From Mayamaea pseudoterrestris (Eukaryota), in contig BROI01000007.1 of NCBI GenBank assembly GCA_027923505.1, positions 558,001 through 622,000 of the forward strand: 64,000 nt of DNA, written 5' to 3'. Positions 45,764 through 56,377 of the stretch are shown piece by piece. The notes below the pieces were generated by a model. It ran no database searches. It saw nothing but the letters and a program-made list of their open reading frames with translations, and was not told where the DNA came from. Position numbers and translations under genes: made by a program. Each line of letters begins with the position of its first letter. The stretch's first letter is position 1.

Positions 45764-48212
45764 TGTTGAGCATGGATGAGAACCCAAACCGAAGCGACAG
45801 CGGTGACGTCACGAAGACGGTCACGTTTAAGTAAGCGCGGTAAGCGGCAACCGAAGGAGTGGATCGAGGACGATCACTTCTTGGAGAAAATAAGTAAAGT
45901 GGTTTTATTGACTCTGTTCTGCTTAATCATTAGTGTCGCTTCAAGGGCGCGCAAGATATATTCTAGATCCAACATTTTCTCCAAGAAGGGAGTGAAAAGA
46001 CATGTCTTCGACGAGCAATACTCCGACGACAGGAGCGGCGTCGAGCGGTGGAGGTGCGCCTCCCGCTCCGCCAGCAAGCGAAGGAAACCGACGCAACCGT
46101 CATTATCGTCGTGGGAATCGTGCTGGGAATCGTTCCGGGAATCAAGGCAATGGTAGCAGACTCAACGGACCGAGTCGTGCGCCGAGTGGAAATTTCCAAG
46201 GAAGCGAGCCGACGCTCGCTGGATTCATCTACGACTACAACGGTTCGCGCGATCCCGATGGATTCATCCGCACGACGAACGAGATCATCACTTTCGTCGG
46301 GCGCTCCTACAAGAAATATACCAAGGAGCTGCTCAAGGGCATGCGCAACGTGGAACTGGAGATTCCTGACGAGCCTGCGCGTCCAACGAAGGATGCCGAC
46401 ACGACGGACTCGGACTGGTCCATAATGCTCGAGGAATACAAGGCCGACAAGAAAGAGCATGTCGAGCGCGTGCGTGTGTACTCCGACTTCCTTGCTGGTC
46501 TCTACGCCGTGTTGTATGGACAATGCACGGAGCGTATGAAGGATCGTGTCAAGTCGCACGCCAAGTTCCGAGACGCCGAGGAGGACACGGACGGAATTAA
46601 GTTGCTGGCGATTATCAAGGAGATCTCGCATACGTACGAAGGGCGCTGCAAACTTGTGGATCAAGTCGTGGACATTCAAGCTGAGTTGTTCGGACGTACT
46701 CAAGGAGCGCGCGAAAGCCTGCAGAAATATTACGAAAGCATGGTCACGCTGGCAGACGTGGCGAAGGCGGTTGGCGTCACGATGCACAACGAGATCGTGG
46801 CATTGAACATTGCCAAGGATGACAATCGTAACAAGGCGACCAAGGAGGATATCAAGGCCGCCGAAGAGCTCGAGCTTGCGATGCTTTTCGTGCGTGGCGC
46901 AACGGGCGAATACGCTGGGTATTGCAAGCACTTGCGCAACTGCTACCTCGACGGGCACGACAATTTCCCGTTGACGATCCACGATGCATACAACATCATG
47001 CAGCGTCGTGAGCATGCGGATGGAGAAGCCACGTTGCCAACGAATGAGGGCGTGGCGTTTCACACGACTGGTACAGCGCGTGACCCTCCTAGATGCTGGA
47101 CCTGCCAACAGGTTGGTCATGTGCAGCGAGACTGTCCTACGAGAACGGAGTCTACGGAGAGTGCGCCGGCTGCAGAGGCTAGCGGGGCGCAGCACTTCAC
47201 GCTGGGTAGCGAGGAAGATAGCGATGACGACGACGAGGTCGGATACATGTTCGCGCAGCCGCCGAAGGTGAACATCTCGAAGAAGGCTGTGCTCTTGGAC
47301 AATCAGTCGACAGTGGATCTGTTCTGCAACGCCAAGATGCTGACGAACATTCGCCCGGTGCCAACGTGGATGGTGATCAAGTGCAACGCCGGTACAGTAA
47401 GGACGAACATGATGGGCGACCTGGAGGGCTATGGTCCGGTGTGGTGGTATCCGCAGGGACTGGCGAACATTTTGAGTTTGGCGCAAGTCCGCAAGAAGTT
47501 TACCGTGGAGTATCTCATGCACGGCGTGGAGCGTCCAATGTTTGTCGTGGAGAAGCCGGACGGTAAGCAGCGCGAGTTTGTCGAGACTGACTCTGGGCTG
47601 TATGTTTGCGAGAGCTTTTCGAAGGGCAAGCGCGGTGATGTCAAGGATGGAGTGGCGATGTTGACTACGGTAGACGATAACCGTACTAACTACACCAATG
47701 ATGACTATTTACGCGCTGTTAGAGCTAGGGAACTGCAAATCAAAATTGGACGGCCAAGCCTCAAGGATTACATGCGCATCGTTACTAGCAATCAGTTGCC
47801 GAACTGTCCTGTGACGAAAGCCGACATCCTGGCTGCTGAGCACATCTTTGGACCAGATGTTGGCTCGTTAAAAGGAAAGACGACGCGTCGCGCGTCGCAT
47901 CTGGTGAAGCCAGCAATTGTTGAGCAGCTTCCACCGGCTATCATGAGTCGCTATCGAGACGTTACTCTTTGTGCTGACATCATGTATATCAACAAGGTCC
48001 CTATGTTGGTGACGTTCTCCCGCAGCATTCGTTTTGCTACGGTCGAGGTGATTCAAAACCGTACGCTTCCGGTTATGTTGAAGGCAATCGAGTCTGTGTT
48101 GAAGATTTACGCACGCGGTGGGTTCCGTGTCGTCGCGGCTCTGATGGATGGGGAGTTTGCTCCAATGCTGGGCGCGTTGGCTGATCTCGGAGTGGCGCTC
48201 AATGCGACGTCT
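45764..48212 (+). mobile_element. Second copy of copia element A (putative LTR 45764-45929, gag-PR-partial IN), cut by element B
   Basis: ORF 46002 onward matches element A up to GVALNATS, then switches into the element B LTR. Confidence 0.9.
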
Positions 48213-51200
48213 TGCAGGATGCGAACGAAAACAGCGAAAATCGGGCAAGTCACACCGAATGTCCGATAGGGTGACACAGCGGCACTCGCGGCTCACCACA
48301 GCCTCACGATCGCGTGATGCGTGGCAGCGACGGCTTCGAAGCGATTCAACGAGTATATTGCTGAAACTAGTGCGATATAGAGTAGAAACAAGCAGACTTA
48401 CTAAGCTTGAAGAGTTAAGAAAGCGATTTATTCGTCTCTCGTATTGTAGCAACTGCAAGCTTGGATTGGCCATCCAAGGACAGCTACAAGCGAAAGGTGC
48501 AACGATTTGATTTACAAGTTACAAGATTAACACTGTCTTGAGACTCATTGCCTCGGCATAGAGACTTTATCGACGAAGAGTACTATTGATTTACGAAGTA
48601 ACGTGGACGCACGTTGGTTCTTGGCCCGGAAAGTTCCGCAGGTGATAGCAAGAACATTGTCACGACGACAACGATGGCGGAAACTCGCGCGCAGAAAGAC
48701 GCGGCGTTTGCGCATGTTTACGAAGAGAACGTAGGCGTTTTCCAAGATCCCCAGTTCAAGGAGTTATTCGACGAACTCGGAGTAGAATCGCTTACGCAAT
48801 TGATCGAGATGGAGTACGACGATTTCGCGACGAAGTGGAACGTCACGACGACGACAACGACGACGACTGACGATGGCGACAATGTCACGCAGGAAACGAG
48901 CGAACACTCGCTAACGAAGATGAAACAACGCACGATCACGAACGCGATCGAATGGTATTTGGCGCAAGAGTCGCCGGACATCAAGACATGGTCGCAACTG
49001 ACCACCGAAACGCTGGCGACGTTCGTCACAGCACGAGCGAAGGAACGAGTCCAAGCGCGCAACATTGCGAGCGTGGGCAGCGGAAGCGGAGCGAAACCTC
49101 CAGCGAAGGAAAGCGAAACGGAATCCAAGAAGGACGAATCCAAGGACTCCACGCTAACGAACGAAGGCGACGAGTCGAAGCCCGACTCGGCCGACAAGGT
49201 GCCACCGACGAGCGTGGACGTGGACACGAAGCAGTCACCGACATCCGTACTGGACCTCGGCGACGACGAAGACGACGAGAAGTATTCAGACCAATTTACG
49301 AAGTCTATCAAGTTCTCGGCGAGGGATTGTAAAGAAATGAAGCTGGATTCCTCGTGGAAACAGTGGATTTCCGAGTTGAAAGTCATCGCTACATTGCACG
49401 ACTTCCACGAAGTCTTTGACGACGATTATGACCCGAAGGAAAAGGGACCGAAGGAACAGAAGGCGTATGCAAAGAAGAATGTGTTTGTATACAGGATCTT
49501 TCTCACGCACTGTCGAACTCCGTCTGCATCACTCGCAGTACAGCAGTTCAAGAAGACGATGGACGGACGCGAAGTCTACCAACGATTGCGAACGCGATAC
49601 GAAGAAGGCGCTACTGCTCACATCGAGAAGGAACGCGCGCGAACGGAACTGCAGGGAATGCGGCTGACCGAGAAGTGGTCAAGGCCGACGATCGAATTTC
49701 TCGCACTGTTCTACAAGAAAGTCATCTGGCTGCTCGAAATGGACGCAGAAGCTCTGACAGGTTTACAACGATACGACATGCTACGCGACGCTTTCTCTGA
49801 GCACACTGGATTCAGCGCCTCACTAGCAGGTTTTGACGGAATGATTGCCATCAAGAAACACATGGGGCAACACGACTCGGAAGACAATTTCGCGCAGTTG
49901 TACGCGCACTTAGAAGAGTGCTGCATCAAGTATGACAAGAAACACCCATCGACGACGAAGACTAAGCGCACAATCAATCAAGCGCAGTCTAGTGGAACGA
50001 AAGGAGGCGGCGGCGGCAATGGCGGCGCGACTCCAAGCGGCTTATCGGCGGAACGATTTGCAGCGATCATGAAGAAACCTCACGCGAGCGTGAAGGATGA
50101 AGTCTGGTTGGAGATGAAGTTTGATCAGCGAAAGCAGTTGAAGGACAAGCGTGCGACGGCGCCCAAGACACCCGAAAACGGATGGCGACCGCGCAACCAA
50201 CGAGGCACGGCTACGACGCAGACGCAAGTCAACGCGGCGCATCAAGAGCGTCACGCGACGGAATCTGTAGCGAACGATCACGCAAGCGTTCCTGGCACGA
50301 TTAATATTCAGCCAGGCAATAGTGGAATGTCAGTCCAAACGGCTGCACGATCGGTTCTGCAAGCGAACAATGCGAGTACTACAACTCAGCAAGTGACAGG
50401 ATCGTTGACGACTGATAACACCGGACGAGGTACATTCAGCTTCAACATGCATCGTCGTATGCGCGTCAATCGCGCACACTACGAGCGGATCAACGAAGGC
50501 GCGCTCATCGACAGCGGCGCGAACGGAGGCTTATGCGGAGGAGACATGCTCGTCGTTTCGGAAACGAACGCCGAGGTGGATGTGACTGGTATTGACGATC
50601 ATATTGTCCCAGCTCTCAAGATTGGCACTGCAGCCGGACTGGCTAAGACCCTTAGTGGCGAAACCATTCTGCTTTTGTGTCACCAGTATGCTTTAAAGCG
50701 AGACGGACCGACGATTCATTGCCCGAATCAATTGCGCGCAATGGGACATCGTGTCGACGATATTCCGACCATGTTTGGCGGAACGCAACGAATTACGACA
50801 AACATTGGAGGCTACGTTTTGCCATTGGCGATTCGCGATGGCCTGGTGTACTTGGACGTGACGAAACCCACGTTCGATGATTTGGATAAGTACCCGACTG
50901 TCATCATGACGTCGGACGTGCCGTGGGACCCGACTGTTTACGATGTCGAGCACGCGCACGACGATTTCGACGAACGCGATCACGATTATGGATCTTTCGA
51001 CGAACGATTCGACGATGACGGTATCACGCACCGCAATCGTCACACGCCGACACGCACTGGCGACGAACTTGACGTACTGATCAATCGGTGCGTGCGACAC
51101 GCTCAGTTTTCACGCGTTAATTTGCGGAAGCTACGAAGCAAGGAACCGGACTATAATGCTCTTCGGCCGTACCTCGGATGGGTCCCGACTGAGCGAGTTC

Positions 51201-54200
51201 AACAGACTTTACGTCACACGGAAGCATGGTATCATCTCAGCGAACATCCGCGATTACCATTTCGACACCTCACGAAGTCACGATTTCCGGCCGCGAACGT
51301 TCAGCGGTTGCGCGAACTATTCGCCACGGACACGATACACTCTGACACGCCAGCTTTGGATGATGGAATTCTAGGGCATGGGGGAGCTACTAAGATGCAG
51401 CTCTTTGTTGGACGAGAAAGTTTTTACACGCGCGGCTACCCGATGAAGTCGGAGAGCGAAATGTCAAACGCGTTAGAGGATTTTATCCGCGAAGTGGGCG
51501 CTCCTAACGGACTGCTCAGCGACAATGCCAAGTCGGAGACTGGCAAGGCTGTGAGGGATCTCTGTCGGATGTACAATATTCCTCAAGTGACCACAGAACC
51601 GGGTCATCCAGAACAAAATCCATGCGAACGTCACACGTCGCACATTAAGCCAATGATGGAGAACCTCCAACGAGATTCGGGTTCGCCAGGGCATTGCTGG
51701 GTTTTGCTGATTAAATTCGTAATCATGATTCTGAACGTCCTCGCGACGAAATCGCTGGGATGGCGCACTCCAACGGAAGTTGCGTTCGGAAATTTGCCGG
51801 ATATTTCGCCTTTGTTACATTTCAAGTGGTGGGAACCGGTCACGTTTGAGGCGCAGGGGAGTTTTCCCTCGGCGGTACGATCTGGCAACGGCCGATTCGT
51901 GGGCATCGCAGAGAATAGCGGTCCGCACATGACTTTTCTCGTTCTGACGGACGACACGCTTCAGGCGATTCCGCGCTCCAACGTGGTCTCGCGCAGCTAC
52001 TTGTTACCACGAGAGTTGCCTTCCTTCCCTGAGTCTGGAGGGGAGATTTCTGAAGAAGCTACACGCGCAAGCGAGCGAAATTTTGAAACTCCAGATCTCG
52101 CGACAGGACGCTACCATAGCACGAATGCGACAGAAAGTAGTCACGACAACTACGAAGGAAACGACGACGAAACGATTCCGATGGCGAACCACGCCAACGT
52201 ACCAGCGAAGTTCTTCAGAAGGGCTGAGCAAGAATCAGGGAATAAATGCCCTCTGTTCTCTCCAAGCGAACTCATCGGACGCACGTTCGTAAGGGAACAC
52301 GAAAACGGTCAGAAAATGCGAGCGACTGTATGCGAATATATCGAAGTACGCGATAACGAGCTACTCGAAACGACGAAAGGTTTCCTGATCCAGATGGGAG
52401 AGGAGCCAGCGAAAGACTTAATAAGTTACAACGAACTGTCGGATTTAATCGAACGACAGATGGACGAAGATATACGAAACGATCCGGCGACTCAGTGGGT
52501 ATTCACGAAGGTAATCGGACACGAGCTTAATTTGAAACCGAACGATCCGACATACAAAGGAAGTTCAAGTAACGTTCTCGTCGAATGGACTGACGGAACG
52601 ACGACGTGGGAGCCTCTCGCGATCATGAAGAAGGACGATCCGATAACGATCGCAGAGTATGGACTCAAGCACGGCTTACTCGACAAGCCAGGATGGAAGC
52701 AGCTGGAGCATTACACTCGGAAGCGAAAGAAGTTTCGACAGATGGTGACAGCAGCGAAACGAAAATCGAAAGCAAACGGCGTACGCTACAAATTCGGCGT
52801 AAGGTTGCCGCGCAATTATAAAGATGCGAAAGCTCTCGACGAGATCAACGGCAACACGCTGTGGACGGATGCGATTCGAACGGAATTAAATCAGATAAAT
52901 GATTACGACACGTTCGCAGATCAAGGAGTCGGTAAGGTTATGCCGGCGCCGTGGAAACGAATAAACGTGCACATGATATTCGATGTCAAGCACGATTTGC
53001 GACGGAAAGCACGACTCGTCGCAGGAGGACATATGACAGAGCCGCCGAAGGATTCAGTTTACTCGGGCGTTGTGTCATTGCGAAGTCTACGAATGGTAGC
53101 GATGTTAGCGGAACTCAACGGTCTGGAACTGTGGGCAGCTGACGTCGGCAACGCATACTTGGAAGCGAAAACGAAAGAGAAGGTTTATATCGTGGCAGGT
53201 CCGGAGTTCGGGGAGCTCGAGGGTCACACGCTCACGATCGTGAAGGCACTATACGGTCTTCGCACGTCAGGCGCACGCTGGCACGAGCACTTTGCAGACA
53301 CGCTCCGCGACATTGGCTTCATGCCGTGTATCGCAGAACCGGACGTGTGGATGCGCGATAAAGGCACGCACTACGAATACGTTTGTGTGTATGTCGACGA
53401 TTTAGCGATAGCGATGAAGAATCCGAAGGAACTAACGGATCTTTTAATTGAGAACTACAACTACAAGTTGAAGGGCGTCGGTCCATTGGCATATCATTTG
53501 GGCGCAGACGTTTGGCGAGACGACGACGGCGTACTCTGCTTCGGAGCGAAGAAGTACGTCACAAGACTACTAGCGAACTACAAAGAAATGTTCGGCGAGG
53601 AACCGCGACCGCAGACAAGTCCACTACGCGACGGCGATCATCCGGAACTCGACGAAACGAAAGAACTTGACGACGACGGAATTGCGAAGTATCAATCGAT
53701 AATTGGTGCGTTGCAATGGGCAGTAAGTTTATGTCGATTCGACATTCACTGTGCTGTCATGACTATGGGGAGATTCCGAGCTGCGCCACGAGCGGGGCAC
53801 TTGGAACGGTTGAAGCATATTTGCGGATACTTACGACGATACCCGGATGGAGCGATTCGATTCAACGTTTCGATTCCAACGGACGAGCGATACGCGACAG
53901 TTGACAAGATGGATTGGGATTACAGTGTGTACGGCAAGATCTGCGAAGAGCTTCCGTGGAACATGCCCACGCCGCGCGGCAAGGCGGTGCGAATGTCAAC
54001 GTTCGAAGATGCGAACCTGTACCACGATTACACGACGGGACGGGCAGCGATGGGCATGCTACACATGTTGAATGGAACAGTCGTCGATTGGTTTTCGAAA
54101 CGCCAAGCGACGGTCGAGACGGCGACGTACGGCTCGGAGTTTGTAGCAGCGAGAGTGAGCACGGAGCAGATCATGGATCTCCGCTTCACGCTACGCATGT

Positions 54201-54795
54201 TGGGAGTTCCGCTCGACGGACCTTCATGGATGTTTGGAGACAACAAGTCGGTAACGCAAAGCAGCAACTTACCGCACTCTAGTCTGACGAAGCGACACAA
54301 TGCACTGGCATTTCACCGTGTACGCGAAGCGATTGCGGCGGGAATTATTAATTTCAACCACATCATGGGAACGACAAACCCGGCGGATGTACTTACCAAG
54401 TTTCTTCCACGGGCTACGGCAAGCAAGCACTTAAAGAACCTGCTCTTCAAGGAATCGAACTATTAGGTATGACTTGAGGGGAGTTGCAGGATGCGAACGA
54501 AAACAGCGAAAATCGGGCAAGTCACACCGAATGTCCGATAGGGTGACACAGCGGCACTCGCGGCTCACCACAGCCTCACGATCGCGTGATGCGTGGCAGC
54601 GACGGCTTCGAAGCGATTCAACGAGTATATTGCTGAAACTAGTGCGATATAGAGTAGAAACAAGCAGACTTACTAAGCTTGAAGAGTTAAGAAAGCGATT
54701 TATTCGTCTCTCGTATTGTAGCAACTGCAAGCTTGGATTGGCCATCCAAGGACAGCTACAAGCGAAAGGTGCAACGATTTGATTTACAAGTTACA
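48213..54795 (+). mobile_element. Full-length Ty1/copia element B (CoDi-type) with identical 311-bp LTRs
   Basis: LTRs 48213-48523 and 54485-54795 (TG...CA), PPT GAGGGGAG just before the 3' LTR, single uninterrupted polyprotein ORF. Confidence 0.96.
48674..54466 (+). CDS. Gag-Pol polyprotein of element B (PR-IN-chromo-like-RT-RNaseH)
   Basis: ALIDSGAN, ATDT/SDN/NPCE integrase, VLVEWTDGTTTWEPL chromo-like block, VYVDD, FEDANL..GDN..NPADVLTK. Confidence 0.94.
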   Translation: MAETRAQKDAAFAHVYEENVGVFQDPQFKELFDELGVESLTQLIEMEYDDFATKWNVTTTTTTTTDDGDNVTQETSEHSLTKMKQRTITNAIEWYLAQESPDIKTWSQLTTETLATFVTARAKERVQARNIASVGSGSGAKPPAKESETESKKDESKDSTLTNEGDESKPDSADKVPPTSVDVDTKQSPTSVLDLGDDEDDEKYSDQFTKSIKFSARDCKEMKLDSSWKQWISELKVIATLHDFHEVFDDDYDPKEKGPKEQKAYAKKNVFVYRIFLTHCRTPSASLAVQQFKKTMDGREVYQRLRTRYEEGATAHIEKERARTELQGMRLTEKWSRPTIEFLALFYKKVIWLLEMDAEALTGLQRYDMLRDAFSEHTGFSASLAGFDGMIAIKKHMGQHDSEDNFAQLYAHLEECCIKYDKKHPSTTKTKRTINQAQSSGTKGGGGGNGGATPSGLSAERFAAIMKKPHASVKDEVWLEMKFDQRKQLKDKRATAPKTPENGWRPRNQRGTATTQTQVNAAHQERHATESVANDHASVPGTINIQPGNSGMSVQTAARSVLQANNASTTTQQVTGSLTTDNTGRGTFSFNMHRRMRVNRAHYERINEGALIDSGANGGLCGGDMLVVSETNAEVDVTGIDDHIVPALKIGTAAGLAKTLSGETILLLCHQYALKRDGPTIHCPNQLRAMGHRVDDIPTMFGGTQRITTNIGGYVLPLAIRDGLVYLDVTKPTFDDLDKYPTVIMTSDVPWDPTVYDVEHAHDDFDERDHDYGSFDERFDDDGITHRNRHTPTRTGDELDVLINRCVRHAQFSRVNLRKLRSKEPDYNALRPYLGWVPTERVQQTLRHTEAWYHLSEHPRLPFRHLTKSRFPAANVQRLRELFATDTIHSDTPALDDGILGHGGATKMQLFVGRESFYTRGYPMKSESEMSNALEDFIREVGAPNGLLSDNAKSETGKAVRDLCRMYNIPQVTTEPGHPEQNPCERHTSHIKPMMENLQRDSGSPGHCWVLLIKFVIMILNVLATKSLGWRTPTEVAFGNLPDISPLLHFKWWEPVTFEAQGSFPSAVRSGNGRFVGIAENSGPHMTFLVLTDDTLQAIPRSNVVSRSYLLPRELPSFPESGGEISEEATRASERNFETPDLATGRYHSTNATESSHDNYEGNDDETIPMANHANVPAKFFRRAEQESGNKCPLFSPSELIGRTFVREHENGQKMRATVCEYIEVRDNELLETTKGFLIQMGEEPAKDLISYNELSDLIERQMDEDIRNDPATQWVFTKVIGHELNLKPNDPTYKGSSSNVLVEWTDGTTTWEPLAIMKKDDPITIAEYGLKHGLLDKPGWKQLEHYTRKRKKFRQMVTAAKRKSKANGVRYKFGVRLPRNYKDAKALDEINGNTLWTDAIRTELNQINDYDTFADQGVGKVMPAPWKRINVHMIFDVKHDLRRKARLVAGGHMTEPPKDSVYSGVVSLRSLRMVAMLAELNGLELWAADVGNAYLEAKTKEKVYIVAGPEFGELEGHTLTIVKALYGLRTSGARWHEHFADTLRDIGFMPCIAEPDVWMRDKGTHYEYVCVYVDDLAIAMKNPKELTDLLIENYNYKLKGVGPLAYHLGADVWRDDDGVLCFGAKKYVTRLLANYKEMFGEEPRPQTSPLRDGDHPELDETKELDDDGIAKYQSIIGALQWAVSLCRFDIHCAVMTMGRFRAAPRAGHLERLKHICGYLRRYPDGAIRFNVSIPTDERYATVDKMDWDYSVYGKICEELPWNMPTPRGKAVRMSTFEDANLYHDYTTGRAAMGMLHMLNGTVVDWFSKRQATVETATYGSEFVAARVSTEQIMDLRFTLRMLGVPLDGPSWMFGDNKSVTQSSNLPHSSLTKRHNALAFHRVREAIAAGIINFNHIMGTTNPADVLTKFLPRATASKHLKNLLFKESNY

Positions 54796-56063
54796 ATCTG
54801 CAGGCTGAGACTGGTGACAAATTGTCACCAAATACATTGCCGTCCCCTGAGACACTAGCCAGGCATACCATCTTGTTGCGCAGCCTGAATAATGATGTTG
54901 GCACCATTCTGGTGTCATTTGGGTGTATACATGGCCTGCTGTAGGGGCGTTTGAATGTCACGGCATCTGCAGGCTGAGACTGGTGACAAATTGTCACCAA
55001 ATACATTGCCGTCCCCTGAGACACTAGCCAGGCATACCATCTTGTTGCGCAGCCTGAATAATGATGTTGGCACCATTCTGGTGTCATTTGGGTGTATACA
55101 TGGCCTGCTGTAGGGGCGTTTGAAGGTCACGGCATCTGCATGGCTGAGACTGGTGACAAGTTGTCACCAATATCATTGCCGTCCCCTGAGACACTAGCCA
55201 GGCATACCATCTTGTTGCGCAGCCTGAATAATGATGTTGGCACCATTCTGGTGTCATTTGGGTGTATACATGGCCTGCTGTAGGGGCGTTTGAAGGTCAC
55301 GGCATCTGCGGGCTGAGACTGGTGACAAGTTGTCACCAAATACATTGCCATCCCCTGAGACACTAGCCAGGCATACCATATTGTAGTGCGGCCTGCATAA
55401 TGATGTTGGCACCATTCCAGTGTCAATTGGGTGTATACATAGCCTGCTGTAGGGGCGTTTGAATGTCACGGCATCTGCAGGCTGAGACTGGTGACAAGTT
55501 GTCACCAATATCATTGCCGTCCCCTGAGACACTAGCAGCCAGGCATACCATCTTGTAGCGCAGCCTGAAAAATGATGTTGGCACCATTCTGGTGTCATTT
55601 GGGTATACATGGCCTGCTGAAGGGGGTTTGAATGTCACGGCATCATGCGGGCTGAGACTGGTGACAAGTTTTTCCCCTGGACACTAGCCAGGCATACCAT
55701 CTTGTAGCGCAGCCTGACATGATGTTGGCACCATTCTGGTGTATTTTGGGCACCTACAGGGCCTGCTGTAGGGGCGTTTGAATGTCATGGCATCTGCAGG
55801 CTGAGACTGGTGACAAGTTGTCACCAAATACATTGCCATCCCCTGAGACACCAGCCAGTCAAAAAAATTTGTAGCGCAGCGTGAAATAAGGATGTTGGCA
55901 CCATTCTGGTGTCATTTGGGCCTTACAGGGCTTGCTGTAGGGGCGTTTGAATGTCATGCGGGCATCTGCAGGCTGACACTGGTGCCAAGTTGTCACAAAT
56001 ATAATTGCCGTCCCCTGAGACACCAGCCAAGCATAGCATCATGTAGCGCAGCCTGAATAATGA

Positions 56064-56377
56064 TGTTGAGTTGCCACCTCGTCTTATGACAAGACGGTTA
56101 GCTACCTGTGTTTTGTATGCATTTAATCCTGTGCAGGGTTGAGTCACACTTGTGACCGAATCCTCACATACATGAGTGAAATCGCTGACGATCGAGGCGT
56201 GAACCTCGACCGTGAACCCAGTGAGAACGAGAAAGAAGCGCACGAGTAGAGTAGCGAGTAACATGCACTATTCTAGCAATTGAGTTTGTTTGTTTGCTTT
56301 ACGCTGGACGAAGAGGTTGATCGCTCCGAGTCCATTGTAGTCGCTGGAATAAAGGTTCGTCTGATATTATCGTGTCA
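56064..56377. mobile_element. Solo-LTR-like 314-bp insert in the satellite
   Basis: Unique sequence bounded by TG(TTGAG)...(GTGT)CA, with AATAAA near its right end; no TSD. Confidence 0.55.

Larger units (their letters stand above)
38289..48212 (+). repeat. ~9.9-kb direct re-copy of 26006-35961 (GT92 5' part, KIN17, HIRA, AspH-like gene, copia A 5' half)
   Basis: Near-identical sequence at an offset of ~12.2 kb. Dense small indels at 38.3-39.9 kb fade to sparse homopolymer indels further right. Confidence 0.95.

Noticed and set aside
48212..54796. TT...AA termini for the element B LTRs
   Set aside because: The extra T belongs to element A sequence and the extra A to the satellite (ATCTGC), so TG...CA is the simpler reading, although both LTRs do share these flanking bases.
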